Of a stretch of DNA of 64,000 nucleotides, positions 8,428-18,065 are shown one piece after another (within the stretch, counting starts at the first letter, position 1; every line of letters starts with the position of its first letter). The notes under the pieces were generated by a model. The model had not been told where the DNA came from, ran no database searches, and saw nothing but the letters and a program-made list of their open reading frames with translations. Position numbers and translations under genes: made by a program. This stretch comes from Candidatus Poribacteria bacterium (GTDB lineage: Bacteria; Poribacteria; WGA-4E; PCPOR2b), in assembly GCA_965215015.1 (NCBI GenBank), contig OZ244042.1, positions 4,704,001 through 4,768,000 on the forward strand. Direction: 5' to 3'.

Positions 8428-11384
8428 GAAGGGAAGTACATACCTGGTCAATTAATCAGAGGTGGAGAATTCAAATCAGTCATGTAAAACTGCTTGAGAA
8501 TGGGAACTTACTGCTGGCTATACAAGAAGGCCAAGGTAGAAGCGTAGCGGAAGTTGACCCGGACGGAAATATAGTGTGGGAATACGCTCATCCGAACCTG
8601 CATCATGACATGCTCAAGCTGCCCAATGGAAACGTGCTCCTGCTCTCGCGTGAAATCAAAACGCCGGAGGAGGCCATCGCCGCCGGCGCGAATCCCGGCT
8701 TCATCTCCCCTGGCGGGCTTGAGGTCGACTATCTGGTCGAAGTGCAGCCAGCCAGCGGCGAGGTTGTGTGGGAATGGTCGGTATGGGACCACCTGGTCCA
8801 GGACTTCGACCCGCGCAAGCCGAATTATGGAGCGATTACGGAGCATCCTGAACTGATTGATATCAACTTCATTCTCTCACCGCTAGTCAGAGATGAATAC
8901 AGGAGACCGACAGACTGGACGCACATCAACGGGATAGACTACCACCCCGTCTTGGACCAGATTATGCTATCTCCCAAGCATTATGGCGAGTTGTGGATTA
9001 TAGACCACAGCACGACGAAAGAAGAAGCTGCCGGTCACCACGGCGGAAACAGTCGCAAGGGAGGCGACCTGCTGTACCGGTGGGGCAACCCGAGGGCGTA
9101 CCGTAGAGGAACCACCGATGAGCAGCGGCTCTTCTGGCACCATAATGCACACTGGATTGCTCCCGGGCTCCCGGGAGCGGGCAATATTCTCATATTCAAT
9201 AACGGGGACGAATTCCAGGGATTCCAGCGTTGGTATTCGTCCGTAGACGAGATTGTTCCCCCGGTTGAGAGGTACGGTTACCGGCGGCCTCCCGGCTCCG
9301 CTTACCCGCCCGCCGAACCGGTATGGACCTATCATGCCGCAGAAGCACCCTTTGACTTTTACGCTCGCAACGTTTCGGGAATGCAGCGGCTTCCCAACGG
9401 CAACACCTTGATTTGCGACGGGCCTCACGGTACATTTTTCCAGGTAACGCCAGAGGGAAAAACGGTTTGGAAGTACGTCAACCCGGTAGTCGGCCCGGTA
9501 ACGGTCAACGATTTGCTGCACCAGGGCGACGAGATACCCATCCGAAACACTCGGGAAACCCCCTATGGACTCGCCCACGTGTTGGATAACTCCGTGTACC
9601 GCGCCTACTGGTACGCGCCAGATTACCCAGGACTGCAAGGGCTGGACTTAGCCCCCGGAAAGCCGATTGAGCTCTACCGCACACCGTGGGAGGCCTATCC
9701 GGAGCTAACGGTGAAAATCGGGGGCAAAGTTGATGGATCAACAGAGAAAATCCCGAAAACGGTTCGCATCACGGTCAGCCCGACGGATATCAATGATGAA
9801 GGGGAGGGAACAACGCCTTTTACGCGCGCCTTCACGAACAACGCTAACGTAACGGTGACTGCCCCATTGTCGTTAGACCACAACGGAGTTAACCTGACCT
9901 TCAAGGGGTGGGAAGACGGCAATGGCACCCTTCTCGGTTCCAATCCCACTCTTACACTCCTAATGGATGCTGATAAAACCCTCACCGCCTGTTATGAAGG
10001 CGCGACGCTCTTCCTCCTCACCGTCAATTCTATGCCATCAGGTACTGAGATAACAGTGACGCCGGCAGACCGTAATAGCGAGGTTATTCCACCCCCTTCA
10101 CTCGTGAATACGCGGCGGGCAAATTACCACGAACCCACCCCGAAGTTTACCATGACCATACCTAAAGGTATCAGCCTGATTCACCGACCGTTTGTTGTGG
10201 AGAAGGTCAACAATCAAGAGAAGCGGATTGACACGGTTGGGGAATTGTTCGAGCTCCTCTCACCTGATGTCAACATGCTCATCACCTATGACCCCCAAAA
10301 TGAGGTATGGCACAGTTATATTGGCGATTCGAGTCAAAACACCCCAGCCAACCGTGAGCTAGCGGGCGACACCGGTATCGTCGCTGTCATGGACAATGAT
10401 CGGACCCTTCAGCTGGAGGGCCAACAAGAAGACAGCGGGATTATCACTCTCAAAGCCGGCAGAAACCTCGTCGGTTCACCTGTTAAGAGTAAGCAGCTAC
10501 AGACCGTCAGCGACTTCCTGACGTTGTTCCCCGGCATAACGGCCATCATCATTGCCAATCCAAACGGCGGTTCCGGGTATACCGGTTTCCAAGTCATTAC
10601 GTCAACGGGAGACCTCGGGGGGATTCTAGAGATAATAGGAGACCGATCCTACGTCGTTGACACAGTGGCAGACGAAACCGTCGAGATAACCGGCACCGGC
10701 TGGAATAATGCTAGTGGTGGTGTAGCCGCCTCGCCTGCCTGGTCCATCTATCCGATGGATGGGCAGACGCCTGTGTTATTGGTCCAAGGCGCGGTGGTCG
10801 ATGAAATAACGGGACTGACGCTGGATGGGTTCTCGGTGACCGTTAAAAACTTGAACACCGGTGTCGCTCTGAAGGTTTGCTCCGGTGAAGATCGGCCAGA
10901 AGGCGGGTATCATCTCACCTTTGTTGATACACTTAAAAGCCATGCCGCACGGGTAGGGGATGTGCTGGAGATTACCGCTCAGGCGCCTTCTCCGCTCGTC
11001 GGTGTAGTACCGATACGTCACATTGTAACAATCGACGATGTGAAAACGAGTCGGTTGAATTTGGAAGCACTAATCGCTTATGAGATTCCAGTCGAAACTC
11101 AGTTGCTCCCCAATTACCCCAATCCGTTCAATCCCGAAACGTGGATACCGTTCAGGTTGGCCGAAGGTTCAAACGTCACGTTGACCATTTACGATGCCGT
11201 TGGGCGCTTGGTGCGGCTGATAGAGGTTGGCCACAAACCGGCCGCGGCGTATGAGTCAAAGTCAAAGGCAATCTACTGGAATGGTTGTAACGACCAGGGA
11301 GAGCGGGTTGCTAGTGGGTTTTACTTCTACTCCCTGCTAGCGGGTGACTTCTCAGCCACTCGCAAAATGCTGATTCTGAAGTAG
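8241..11384 (+). CDS. Secreted arylsulfotransferase (ASST-like beta-propeller) with Ig-like repeats and a FlgD-Ig/T9SS-like C-terminal domain
   Basis: Signal peptide; HHDMLK, WTHINGIDY, GDLLYRWGNP, SGMQRLPNGNTLI; C-terminus NYPNPFNPETWIPF...YWNG.ND.GERVASG.YFY...RKMLILK. GGAGG RBS before ATG 8241 (alternative start 8211). Confidence 0.85.
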   Translation: MKNGKEFQCGILMIATLVLCLTSPAVASKRTVGLLLNERGGLAGYTLFTPRWNSTVYLIDHFGREVHTWSINQRWRIQISHVKLLENGNLLLAIQEGQGRSVAEVDPDGNIVWEYAHPNLHHDMLKLPNGNVLLLSREIKTPEEAIAAGANPGFISPGGLEVDYLVEVQPASGEVVWEWSVWDHLVQDFDPRKPNYGAITEHPELIDINFILSPLVRDEYRRPTDWTHINGIDYHPVLDQIMLSPKHYGELWIIDHSTTKEEAAGHHGGNSRKGGDLLYRWGNPRAYRRGTTDEQRLFWHHNAHWIAPGLPGAGNILIFNNGDEFQGFQRWYSSVDEIVPPVERYGYRRPPGSAYPPAEPVWTYHAAEAPFDFYARNVSGMQRLPNGNTLICDGPHGTFFQVTPEGKTVWKYVNPVVGPVTVNDLLHQGDEIPIRNTRETPYGLAHVLDNSVYRAYWYAPDYPGLQGLDLAPGKPIELYRTPWEAYPELTVKIGGKVDGSTEKIPKTVRITVSPTDINDEGEGTTPFTRAFTNNANVTVTAPLSLDHNGVNLTFKGWEDGNGTLLGSNPTLTLLMDADKTLTACYEGATLFLLTVNSMPSGTEITVTPADRNSEVIPPPSLVNTRRANYHEPTPKFTMTIPKGISLIHRPFVVEKVNNQEKRIDTVGELFELLSPDVNMLITYDPQNEVWHSYIGDSSQNTPANRELAGDTGIVAVMDNDRTLQLEGQQEDSGIITLKAGRNLVGSPVKSKQLQTVSDFLTLFPGITAIIIANPNGGSGYTGFQVITSTGDLGGILEIIGDRSYVVDTVADETVEITGTGWNNASGGVAASPAWSIYPMDGQTPVLLVQGAVVDEITGLTLDGFSVTVKNLNTGVALKVCSGEDRPEGGYHLTFVDTLKSHAARVGDVLEITAQAPSPLVGVVPIRHIVTIDDVKTSRLNLEALIAYEIPVETQLLPNYPNPFNPETWIPFRLAEGSNVTLTIYDAVGRLVRLIEVGHKPAAAYESKSKAIYWNGCNDQGERVASGFYFYSLLAGDFSATRKMLILK

Positions 11385-11386
11385 TC

Positions 11387-11853
11387 GTGTGCCGTGTAAA
11401 CAGTAATTATGAAGTGTCAATGTCTACTAACTGGGATTGTCGGAATATCCCATACGCATCTCGATATAGAGGGACAAAAGGAGAAAAGAAAAGGACCTTT
11501 ATAACGTATCGCATCTTTGAATGACTGGAAACATGGGATTATCTAAGTTGGTAACTATACCAATATGATAATGGAGTCGTCGTATTACCAAAGTATAAAG
11601 TCCAAAAAGGCTTTATGCAGTGTATTTTAATTACACCTGTCCTCGAAGTATAAGCCCTCAGTAACAAGAACGAAAACAGAGAGGGAAAAGGACAACAGAT
11701 TAAGTTATCTTCTAACAACCGAAAAGGAGAAATACCGAAATGGATTTCGATTCTGAAAAACTGAACTAGAAAGCCGCGTGCGGTGAAAGTCGCACGCTTG
11801 GTTCAGAGAGAGGCATACGGATTCTCAACGAGAATACTCGGTTTCTACTCTAC
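11387..11853 (+). mobile_element. ORF-less group II intron (ribozyme core retained, intron-encoded protein deleted)
   Basis: 5' GTGTG; domain V AAGCCGCGTGCGGTGAAAGTCGCACGCTTGGTTC with AGC triad near 11771-11804; domain VI ending CTACTCTAC; vestigial AAAGGAG RBS + ATG GAT TTC...TAG (9 codons) just before domain V. Confidence 0.85.
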
Positions 11854-12068
11854 TTCGGCAATGATGGGCATTAGATTAAAATCTGATGAAATTTTCTGAA
11901 TGATTGCTGCTCTTGCGGCCTTTTATTAGAGCCGGTTGATACCATAGGTTGTATTGTTTTGGGGTTTCATAGGTGCCCCATGAGTCAATCATCGTTGATG
12001 ACAATATCATCTTCTTTTCGTTTAGCTCATGGGATCACTTGATACCAACGATAAATAAAAGGACAAAT

Positions 12069-13874
12069 ATGCAAATAGAAAAATCAGTTGACAGCGTCAC
12101 GCTCACTATTATCAACAACTACCTCGTCAACACTTGTCGTGAGATGGGATTGGCGATGATGAAGACCTCATACTCTTCGATCTTTAACGAGGGACTGGAT
12201 TTCTCCTGTGTCATCTTTGACCGGGAGGGCGAGATGGTGGCTTATGCGGAGTTTTGTCCTGCCCAGATTGGCGCAATCCTCTACACCATGCAGTGGACGA
12301 TCGCCGAAATCGGTCTGGAGAACTTCAAGCCCGGTGATGTGGTAATGCACAATGACCCCTATCGCGGCGGTTGTCACATGCCGGAGCATACAGTGATCAA
12401 GGGGGTATACCACAACGGCGAGTTATACGGATTCATCGGCAATATTGCCCATGTTACAGAAATAGGTGGGAAAGCGGTCGGCGGTTTTGCGGCGGATGCC
12501 AAGGAGGTGTACCAAGAAGGTCTCCGATTACCGCCGGTCAAGATTATTCGAGAAGGGGAGCCCGTCGAGGACATCTGGAAAATTATCCTCGAAAACCACC
12601 GGACACCGCGCACCTCTTGGGGCGATTTTCACGCGATGCTTGGATCTCTTAACGTAGCGGAGCGGCGACTTCACGAACTGCTTGACCGCTACGGATTCGA
12701 TGAAGTGCTCACCGCCGGGAAGCAGCTCATGGACTACTCGGAAGCGCGGATGCAGGCAGAAATCCGAGACCTCCCCAACGGCGAGTACCAATTTGAAGAC
12801 TGGATCGAAAATGACGGCGTCGTTCCCGACAAACGGTATCGAATCAATTGCACGGTCCTCGTGGGGGACGAGGACATCCTCTTTGATTACACCGGTTCAA
12901 GTCCTCAAGCGCGCGGTCCATGCAACTGCACGTATGGTGTGACAGCATCTGCGACATTCAACGCAATGCTCAATATCACCGACCAGACCATTCCCCGCAA
13001 TTCAGGCTGCTATCGTCCAATTCAACTGATTGTCCCGCCGGGCACCGTCGTGAACGTGAAACACCCTGGTCCCAGTGTCGGGGGCAACTCCGAGATTCAC
13101 GAACGAATTGTTGATGTTCTATTCGGCTGCCTATCAGGTGCCGTGCCGGAGCGCGTCGCCGCGGCATCCGGTGCCAGTTCATGTAACTTCCTTTTCGGAG
13201 GCATCCACCCAAATACGGGGCAATATTATGCGAATTACCATATCGATGGCTGTGGTTGGGGTGGCAAGACAACCGGCGACGGAAATCACACGCAGTGCCC
13301 AATTAACGGAAATTGCAGGAATACCCCGGTCGAGGTTTTTGAGACACGCTATCCTTGGCTGACGAAGACATATCGCATCGTCGAAGATTCCGGCGGTCAC
13401 GGTCAGCACCGCGGAGGGTGTGGCAGCGAAAGGATTATCGAAGCTCTCGCACCGGAAATCACGGTTTCGAGCTTTATGGACAGGCATGAGACAGGGGCGT
13501 GGGGCCTATTTGGCGGAAAAGAAGGATCGAGCGGCGCGGTACGAATACGGAAAAAGGAGGAGGACCATTGGCGGACGTTCTCCGAAGTTTACGGAACACC
13601 CTCACCCAACAAATTCGCTGACATTCAGATTCAAGCCGGCGACGAAATTAGGATCGTCAGTCCGGGCGGTGGTGGATACGGTCCCCCTGAAAACCGCGAA
13701 CCGAGCGAGGTTCTTGACGATGTCCGTGAAGGCTTGGTATTCCCTGAAGAAGCACGAAATATATACGCCGTGGCTCTTGTTCAGGATGAGGGAGATTGGT
13801 ATATCGATGAAAATACGACAGCCGACCTACGCCGTGAAAGGTCAAAGCATCTCGGAACAAAGGAGGTATCCTGA
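12069..13874 (+). CDS. Hydantoinase B / 5-oxoprolinase family protein
   Basis: TSYSSIFNEGLDFSC, NDPYRGGCHMPEH, NTPVEVFE, DSGGHGQHRGGCG, PGGGGYG; RBS before ATG 12069. Confidence 0.92.
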   Translation: MQIEKSVDSVTLTIINNYLVNTCREMGLAMMKTSYSSIFNEGLDFSCVIFDREGEMVAYAEFCPAQIGAILYTMQWTIAEIGLENFKPGDVVMHNDPYRGGCHMPEHTVIKGVYHNGELYGFIGNIAHVTEIGGKAVGGFAADAKEVYQEGLRLPPVKIIREGEPVEDIWKIILENHRTPRTSWGDFHAMLGSLNVAERRLHELLDRYGFDEVLTAGKQLMDYSEARMQAEIRDLPNGEYQFEDWIENDGVVPDKRYRINCTVLVGDEDILFDYTGSSPQARGPCNCTYGVTASATFNAMLNITDQTIPRNSGCYRPIQLIVPPGTVVNVKHPGPSVGGNSEIHERIVDVLFGCLSGAVPERVAAASGASSCNFLFGGIHPNTGQYYANYHIDGCGWGGKTTGDGNHTQCPINGNCRNTPVEVFETRYPWLTKTYRIVEDSGGHGQHRGGCGSERIIEALAPEITVSSFMDRHETGAWGLFGGKEGSSGAVRIRKKEEDHWRTFSEVYGTPSPNKFADIQIQAGDEIRIVSPGGGGYGPPENREPSEVLDDVREGLVFPEEARNIYAVALVQDEGDWYIDENTTADLRRERSKHLGTKEVS

Positions 13875-14086
13875 TGGCTCAGTGGGAGCCGATTTCTGAT
13901 GCGCTATATGCAACACAAATTCATCACTGCGATCTCTGCGGAAAGATGTTGGTCAGACGCCTATGGCGCGTGGAATACAACGCCAAATCCTTAAAGTTTT
14001 GTGACGAACGGTGTGAACGGACCTGGTTTGATTACTGGTTGCCCCGCTATGGTAAGACACACGGTTTCATGAACGATGGAGATTGA
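13874..14086 (+). CDS. Small Cys-rich protein (TRASH/YHS-like metal-binding), coupled to hydantoinase B
   Basis: CDLCG...FCDERC pattern; TGATG stop/start overlap. Confidence 0.7.
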   Translation: MAQWEPISDALYATQIHHCDLCGKMLVRRLWRVEYNAKSLKFCDERCERTWFDYWLPRYGKTHGFMNDGD

Positions 14087-14141
14087 GAGTTGAAGGACTC
14101 ACCTGCCATCACGTACCGGGGTTTAATATGCCGATAACAGA

Positions 14142-15626
14142 TTAGTCATAGATTTGAGATAGGGTCCGCTTTGCTCTCGCTTTCGAGAGGTTGTAGGATT
14201 GCCAAGGATTTTCTGACCGCAGCTCCGTCTGTTTGTCGCGAAAAAATATTGCCATTTTCTTTGCAGCCATATCATCATCACCGGCAGCACTCAAGCGTGT
14301 TAATTCCGGTATCGCATCGTAGGATAAATCCTGCAAATAGTCGAGATCGATCTTGCCTATATTAAAATATCTATCAATGTTGTTGCGCGCAATAATTGCG
14401 TCAACATTGACATAGTTCAGGGTGGTATAGGTGAACAGCGCAGCGATAGCAAAGGCTTTTGCCAAAGGCAGCTCCCTCCGCCAAAATTTGTAAAGGAGGA
14501 GCATAAACAGAATAGAAAGCAAGCCGATAAACGTGTGAGCAAAGATTCTCGCATAAGTGTAACCGTACGCTTCCTCATACAGTTTCAACCTCAAATGCGC
14601 GGAATAGAGTATAATGGCGGTACAGAGCACAAGCAGGCAGCGTAGCCCAAGAACGACGCGATCTAGCTTCCCGTCATTTTTTGTGAAGTACAGACCAATT
14701 AGCAATACGCTCAGATTAATAACAGTAACAACAATCAGCTCAAAAAAACCGTGCCTCGCGTATTCCGCGTAAGTGTAGTCAGGGATGGAGCGGATATTCT
14801 CCTCACCACCAAAAAGATATGTAAACTGAATCACACAGAACAGAATGTAGACAGCATTCACCATCACTAAAACCGTAACAATGATGAGAGCGTCCCAGCT
14901 ACCGACATCTCTCTTAGCAGATTCTGACACCTCCGCCATCTTCGCCTTTAATACTACCCCCAAATAACCAAACAGTAGCACTGTAATAATCCCAATAGCT
15001 CCCACACGTTCGGCAAAAGGGATAGAGCCAATAAATTCCAAGGGCTTGAGCATATTGGCGATAAGATTTTGAAAAATCGTATCCGCCGCCGCAAGCAATG
15101 CAATCACAATGACTAGGAGAGGCGCAGAGATTATCAAACCAATGAAGATGTTGCTGAAAGTCTTACGCTTCTCAGGTGCAATTTTGTCCGCGATTTTCGC
15201 TAGCGAAATAACTTCCAAGAATACCTTTGGAGCATTGTCAAAAATTTGACGGAGTAACCCTCCTAAAAAACGGACGATGAACCGAACGCTAGACCACTTA
15301 TATTTATAGACAAGCAGCATCGTCTGAAGCAACAGGAGCGGTGGAATTAGGATAAAATTGAGGATCCGTAACACCGGGTTTGAATGGAGGGCAAATGCAG
15401 CTGAGAGCAATAAAATGGGAATAAATAGAAACCAACCAAAATCAATTTGGAATGAAACCTGTCTGTGTGAAGCAACCCAAAATAGGCAGTAGAAAACGAC
15501 AGCAAACAACAGATATGAAACCCCAATTGCCTTCCCATAAAACAGGTAGTCAAACACAATCCCTGCTATGAGCGCGAGAACCGCGAGCAATCGAATTTCT
15601 CGCGCTGTGATGTATGCGTGCTTCAT
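14142..15626 (-). CDS. DUF4173/DUF4153-type integral membrane protein
   Basis: Many TM helices; LLAAADTIF, YAEYARHGFFEL, RLKLYEEAYGYT.AR, NVDAIIARNNI, LSYDAIP. Confidence 0.85.
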   Translation of the reverse strand: MKHAYITAREIRLLAVLALIAGIVFDYLFYGKAIGVSYLLFAVVFYCLFWVASHRQVSFQIDFGWFLFIPILLLSAAFALHSNPVLRILNFILIPPLLLLQTMLLVYKYKWSSVRFIVRFLGGLLRQIFDNAPKVFLEVISLAKIADKIAPEKRKTFSNIFIGLIISAPLLVIVIALLAAADTIFQNLIANMLKPLEFIGSIPFAERVGAIGIITVLLFGYLGVVLKAKMAEVSESAKRDVGSWDALIIVTVLVMVNAVYILFCVIQFTYLFGGEENIRSIPDYTYAEYARHGFFELIVVTVINLSVLLIGLYFTKNDGKLDRVVLGLRCLLVLCTAIILYSAHLRLKLYEEAYGYTYARIFAHTFIGLLSILFMLLLYKFWRRELPLAKAFAIAALFTYTTLNYVNVDAIIARNNIDRYFNIGKIDLDYLQDLSYDAIPELTRLSAAGDDDMAAKKMAIFFRDKQTELRSENPWQSYNLSKARAKRTLSQIYD

Positions 15627-15674
15627 ATTCTACCTTCATCTTTCACTATTTTGTTAAGAAATAAATCGTTAGTT

Positions 15675-16108
15675 GTAGGACTTACGCAGTTGAATGTTCA
15701 AAGGAAACACCAAACACTGCTGCACGACTGTCCGGGGGGGTGGAGCCAGGATTATGGCGCAATAGTCCTGGTATCCTCGGTGACTCGTCAAATACCAAGT
15801 GTGTTTCGACCGTGTTGGGTGAATTGATCCAGACATTGTTGCACGATAGTGTTGGTATCTATACGATTCACGACGCCCGATGAATCCGGCAACTCCAGTT
15901 CATCCGACAGGAGTCGGCACGCTCCGCGGCCCCTCCCCCTGCTTGCGGGGGGATTTGTCTTTCTCTCCGGCTGCGATCCTCCCCCCGCTTGCGGGGGGAT
16001 ACAGGGGGATTCTTAGGGGAGAAGGCGGTGACGGCATACGCCGTATGCCTACTACCTTAAAGACGCGGGTTGAATTGCGCGCCTACAAACTCAAGGGCGT
16101 AACTCCTA
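15675..16108. mobile_element. MITE-like element with TAGGACTTACGC / GCGTAACTCCTA ends containing REP-like hairpins
   Basis: Terminal inverted repeats shared with 56234-56398; internal CCCCCCGCTTGCGGGGGG and ACGGCATACGCCGTATGCCTACTAC hairpins. Confidence 0.65.
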
Positions 16109-16242
16109 AGTTGTTTAAATCAAGCGCAAAAACTACGTAACACGTCAAGAAAAGATCTTACACATTACTCGTTACCTATTATTTTCGTTCCTCCGATAAG
16201 ACCAAGACTCAAAGCAATCTGCGTTAAATAATCTGTAGCCAT

Positions 16243-17226
16243 TTACCAAGCCAACACAATCCCCAACGACTTATCACGTTCATCGCGCAGTAGCCGGTAG
16301 GCTTCACCCGCTTCTTTATAAGGCAATCGGTGTGTGATTAAACGACTTACGTTGATTTCACCGCGCTCAATCATTTTCAAAATCTGACGCCGGTTATATT
16401 GCTGCGTCCAAGGGAAGGCAGGCGTCGCAACCGTTGGACATTTTGGCTGGTGACACCCAACCAACGTGAGCTCTTTCAGGTGGAAGTCCATAAAATCCAC
16501 CTCGATTTTTCGGTGCCAAATCGATCCTAACGCCATAATTCGTCCACCAATCCGTGCCATATCGAACGCTATCGGTAGTAATTCTGGATAGCCAGAAGCC
16601 TCAATGGTGACATCCAATCCACGCCCTTCGGTGATACTTGCAACTTCGGCCCGGAGGTCACATCGGTTCGGATTCAGGGTGTGCGTCGCCCCCGAAGCTT
16701 TTGCCGCCTCCAACCGCGGATCGCTTAGATCAATTGCAATAAGCAGCTCAGCACCCGTTTGCGCTGCAAGCTGCAACGCCAGCTGACCGACGAGTCCCAT
16801 CCCCGTAATACAGGCGAACTCACCAAGCTCAATGCGCGCTTTTCGGACACCGTGCATCGCAACACTTCCGAGCACACCGAAAGTGCCCTCATCAAAGGAC
16901 ACATTATCCAGCAGCTGCGCTAGCGACTGTAGCGCAGCGGACACGGTAACATGGCTTGCATGGCGCCCCAGCGACAACACACGGTCTCCGATTTCATAGC
17001 CTTCCACTCCTTCACCGATTTCAATAATCCGCCCGGTGTTTGAGTAACCGGGGGTAAAATCGTCTGTCCGTCCCTGCTCTTGTGTGCCCAGCTCTGTTCC
17101 TGCACTAATTAGCGTGGATACCGTCTCGACGAGCACCTCACCTTTTTCTGGAGAGCGAATATCAGTTGTTTCGGTTCCAACACTATTGTCTGATCTAACA
17201 ACAACCTGTGTACCTGTTTGTGTCAT
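16243..17226 (-). CDS. MDR-family (zinc-binding-type) alcohol dehydrogenase
   Basis: LISAGTE, PGYSNTG, GMGLVG, IEASG, LITHR; likely start MTQTG. Confidence 0.88.
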   Translation of the reverse strand: MTQTGTQVVVRSDNSVGTETTDIRSPEKGEVLVETVSTLISAGTELGTQEQGRTDDFTPGYSNTGRIIEIGEGVEGYEIGDRVLSLGRHASHVTVSAALQSLAQLLDNVSFDEGTFGVLGSVAMHGVRKARIELGEFACITGMGLVGQLALQLAAQTGAELLIAIDLSDPRLEAAKASGATHTLNPNRCDLRAEVASITEGRGLDVTIEASGYPELLPIAFDMARIGGRIMALGSIWHRKIEVDFMDFHLKELTLVGCHQPKCPTVATPAFPWTQQYNRRQILKMIERGEINVSRLITHRLPYKEAGEAYRLLRDERDKSLGIVLAW

Positions 17227-17355
17227 CGTATACCTCGCATAAAGATAAAGTTGTTGGCCTATCGCAATATCGACCATGCGCTACCTCTGTGCTTGTGTGG
17301 TTTAAGGCCGTTTCCAATGGACCTGTGGTTAGTGCAGCAAATAGCCTGCCAATTG

Positions 17356-17832
17356 TCTGAATCAGGATTTGCAGAATTTAAGGATTCACAGGAGGTGATG
17401 ACTCACGTTCACACCTAAACGACGAGATAGGTCTGAGGAAGGTCCCTCCTTATTGTCTGAATCACGGATTAAACAGATGAAGCGGAGGGAATGGATTTTT
17501 GACCCTATGCCGCGATTGGGATTCACAGCCATCTGAATCAGGATTTACAGAATTTAAGGATTCACAGGAGGAGATGAATCACATTCACACCTAAACGACG
17601 AGATAGGTCTGAGGAAGGTCCCTCCTTATTGTCTGAATCACGGATTAAACAGATGAAGCGGAGGGAACAGATTTTTGACCCTATGCCGCGATTGGGATTC
17701 ACAGCCATCTGAATCAGGATTTGCAGAATTTAAGGATTCACAGGAGGTGATGACTCACATTCACATCTAAACGACGAGATAGGTCTGAGGAAGGTCCCTC
17801 CTTATTGTCTGAATCGCGGATTAAACAGATGA
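17356..17832 (+). repeat. Tandem repeat, 176-bp unit, ~2.7 copies
   Basis: CTGAATCAGGATTT at 17357, 17533 and 17709; near-identical units, each with two TCTGAATC modules. Confidence 0.93.
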
Positions 17833-18065
17833 CACGGAAAACACGGATGGGGCACCCTCCGTGACATCCAAGAATCAGTATGAATCTGTGATACAAAGAC
17901 CTTCCAACTTCTGAGAAATGGCCACCTCTGATGGCACGATTCCACGAATAGGATTTATGAGCCCCCCTCATTTAGGAGGACAACGCCAATACCCAGCTGA
18001 ATCGCAACTATTCCTGGCGCATTGGGCCTAGAACTATAGCGCGACGTTGTTGGTATCTGCGGCAT

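Noticed and set aside
17356-17832. Possible CRISPR array
   Set aside because: Intervening sequences are near-identical between units, the period is 176 bp and no cas genes are present
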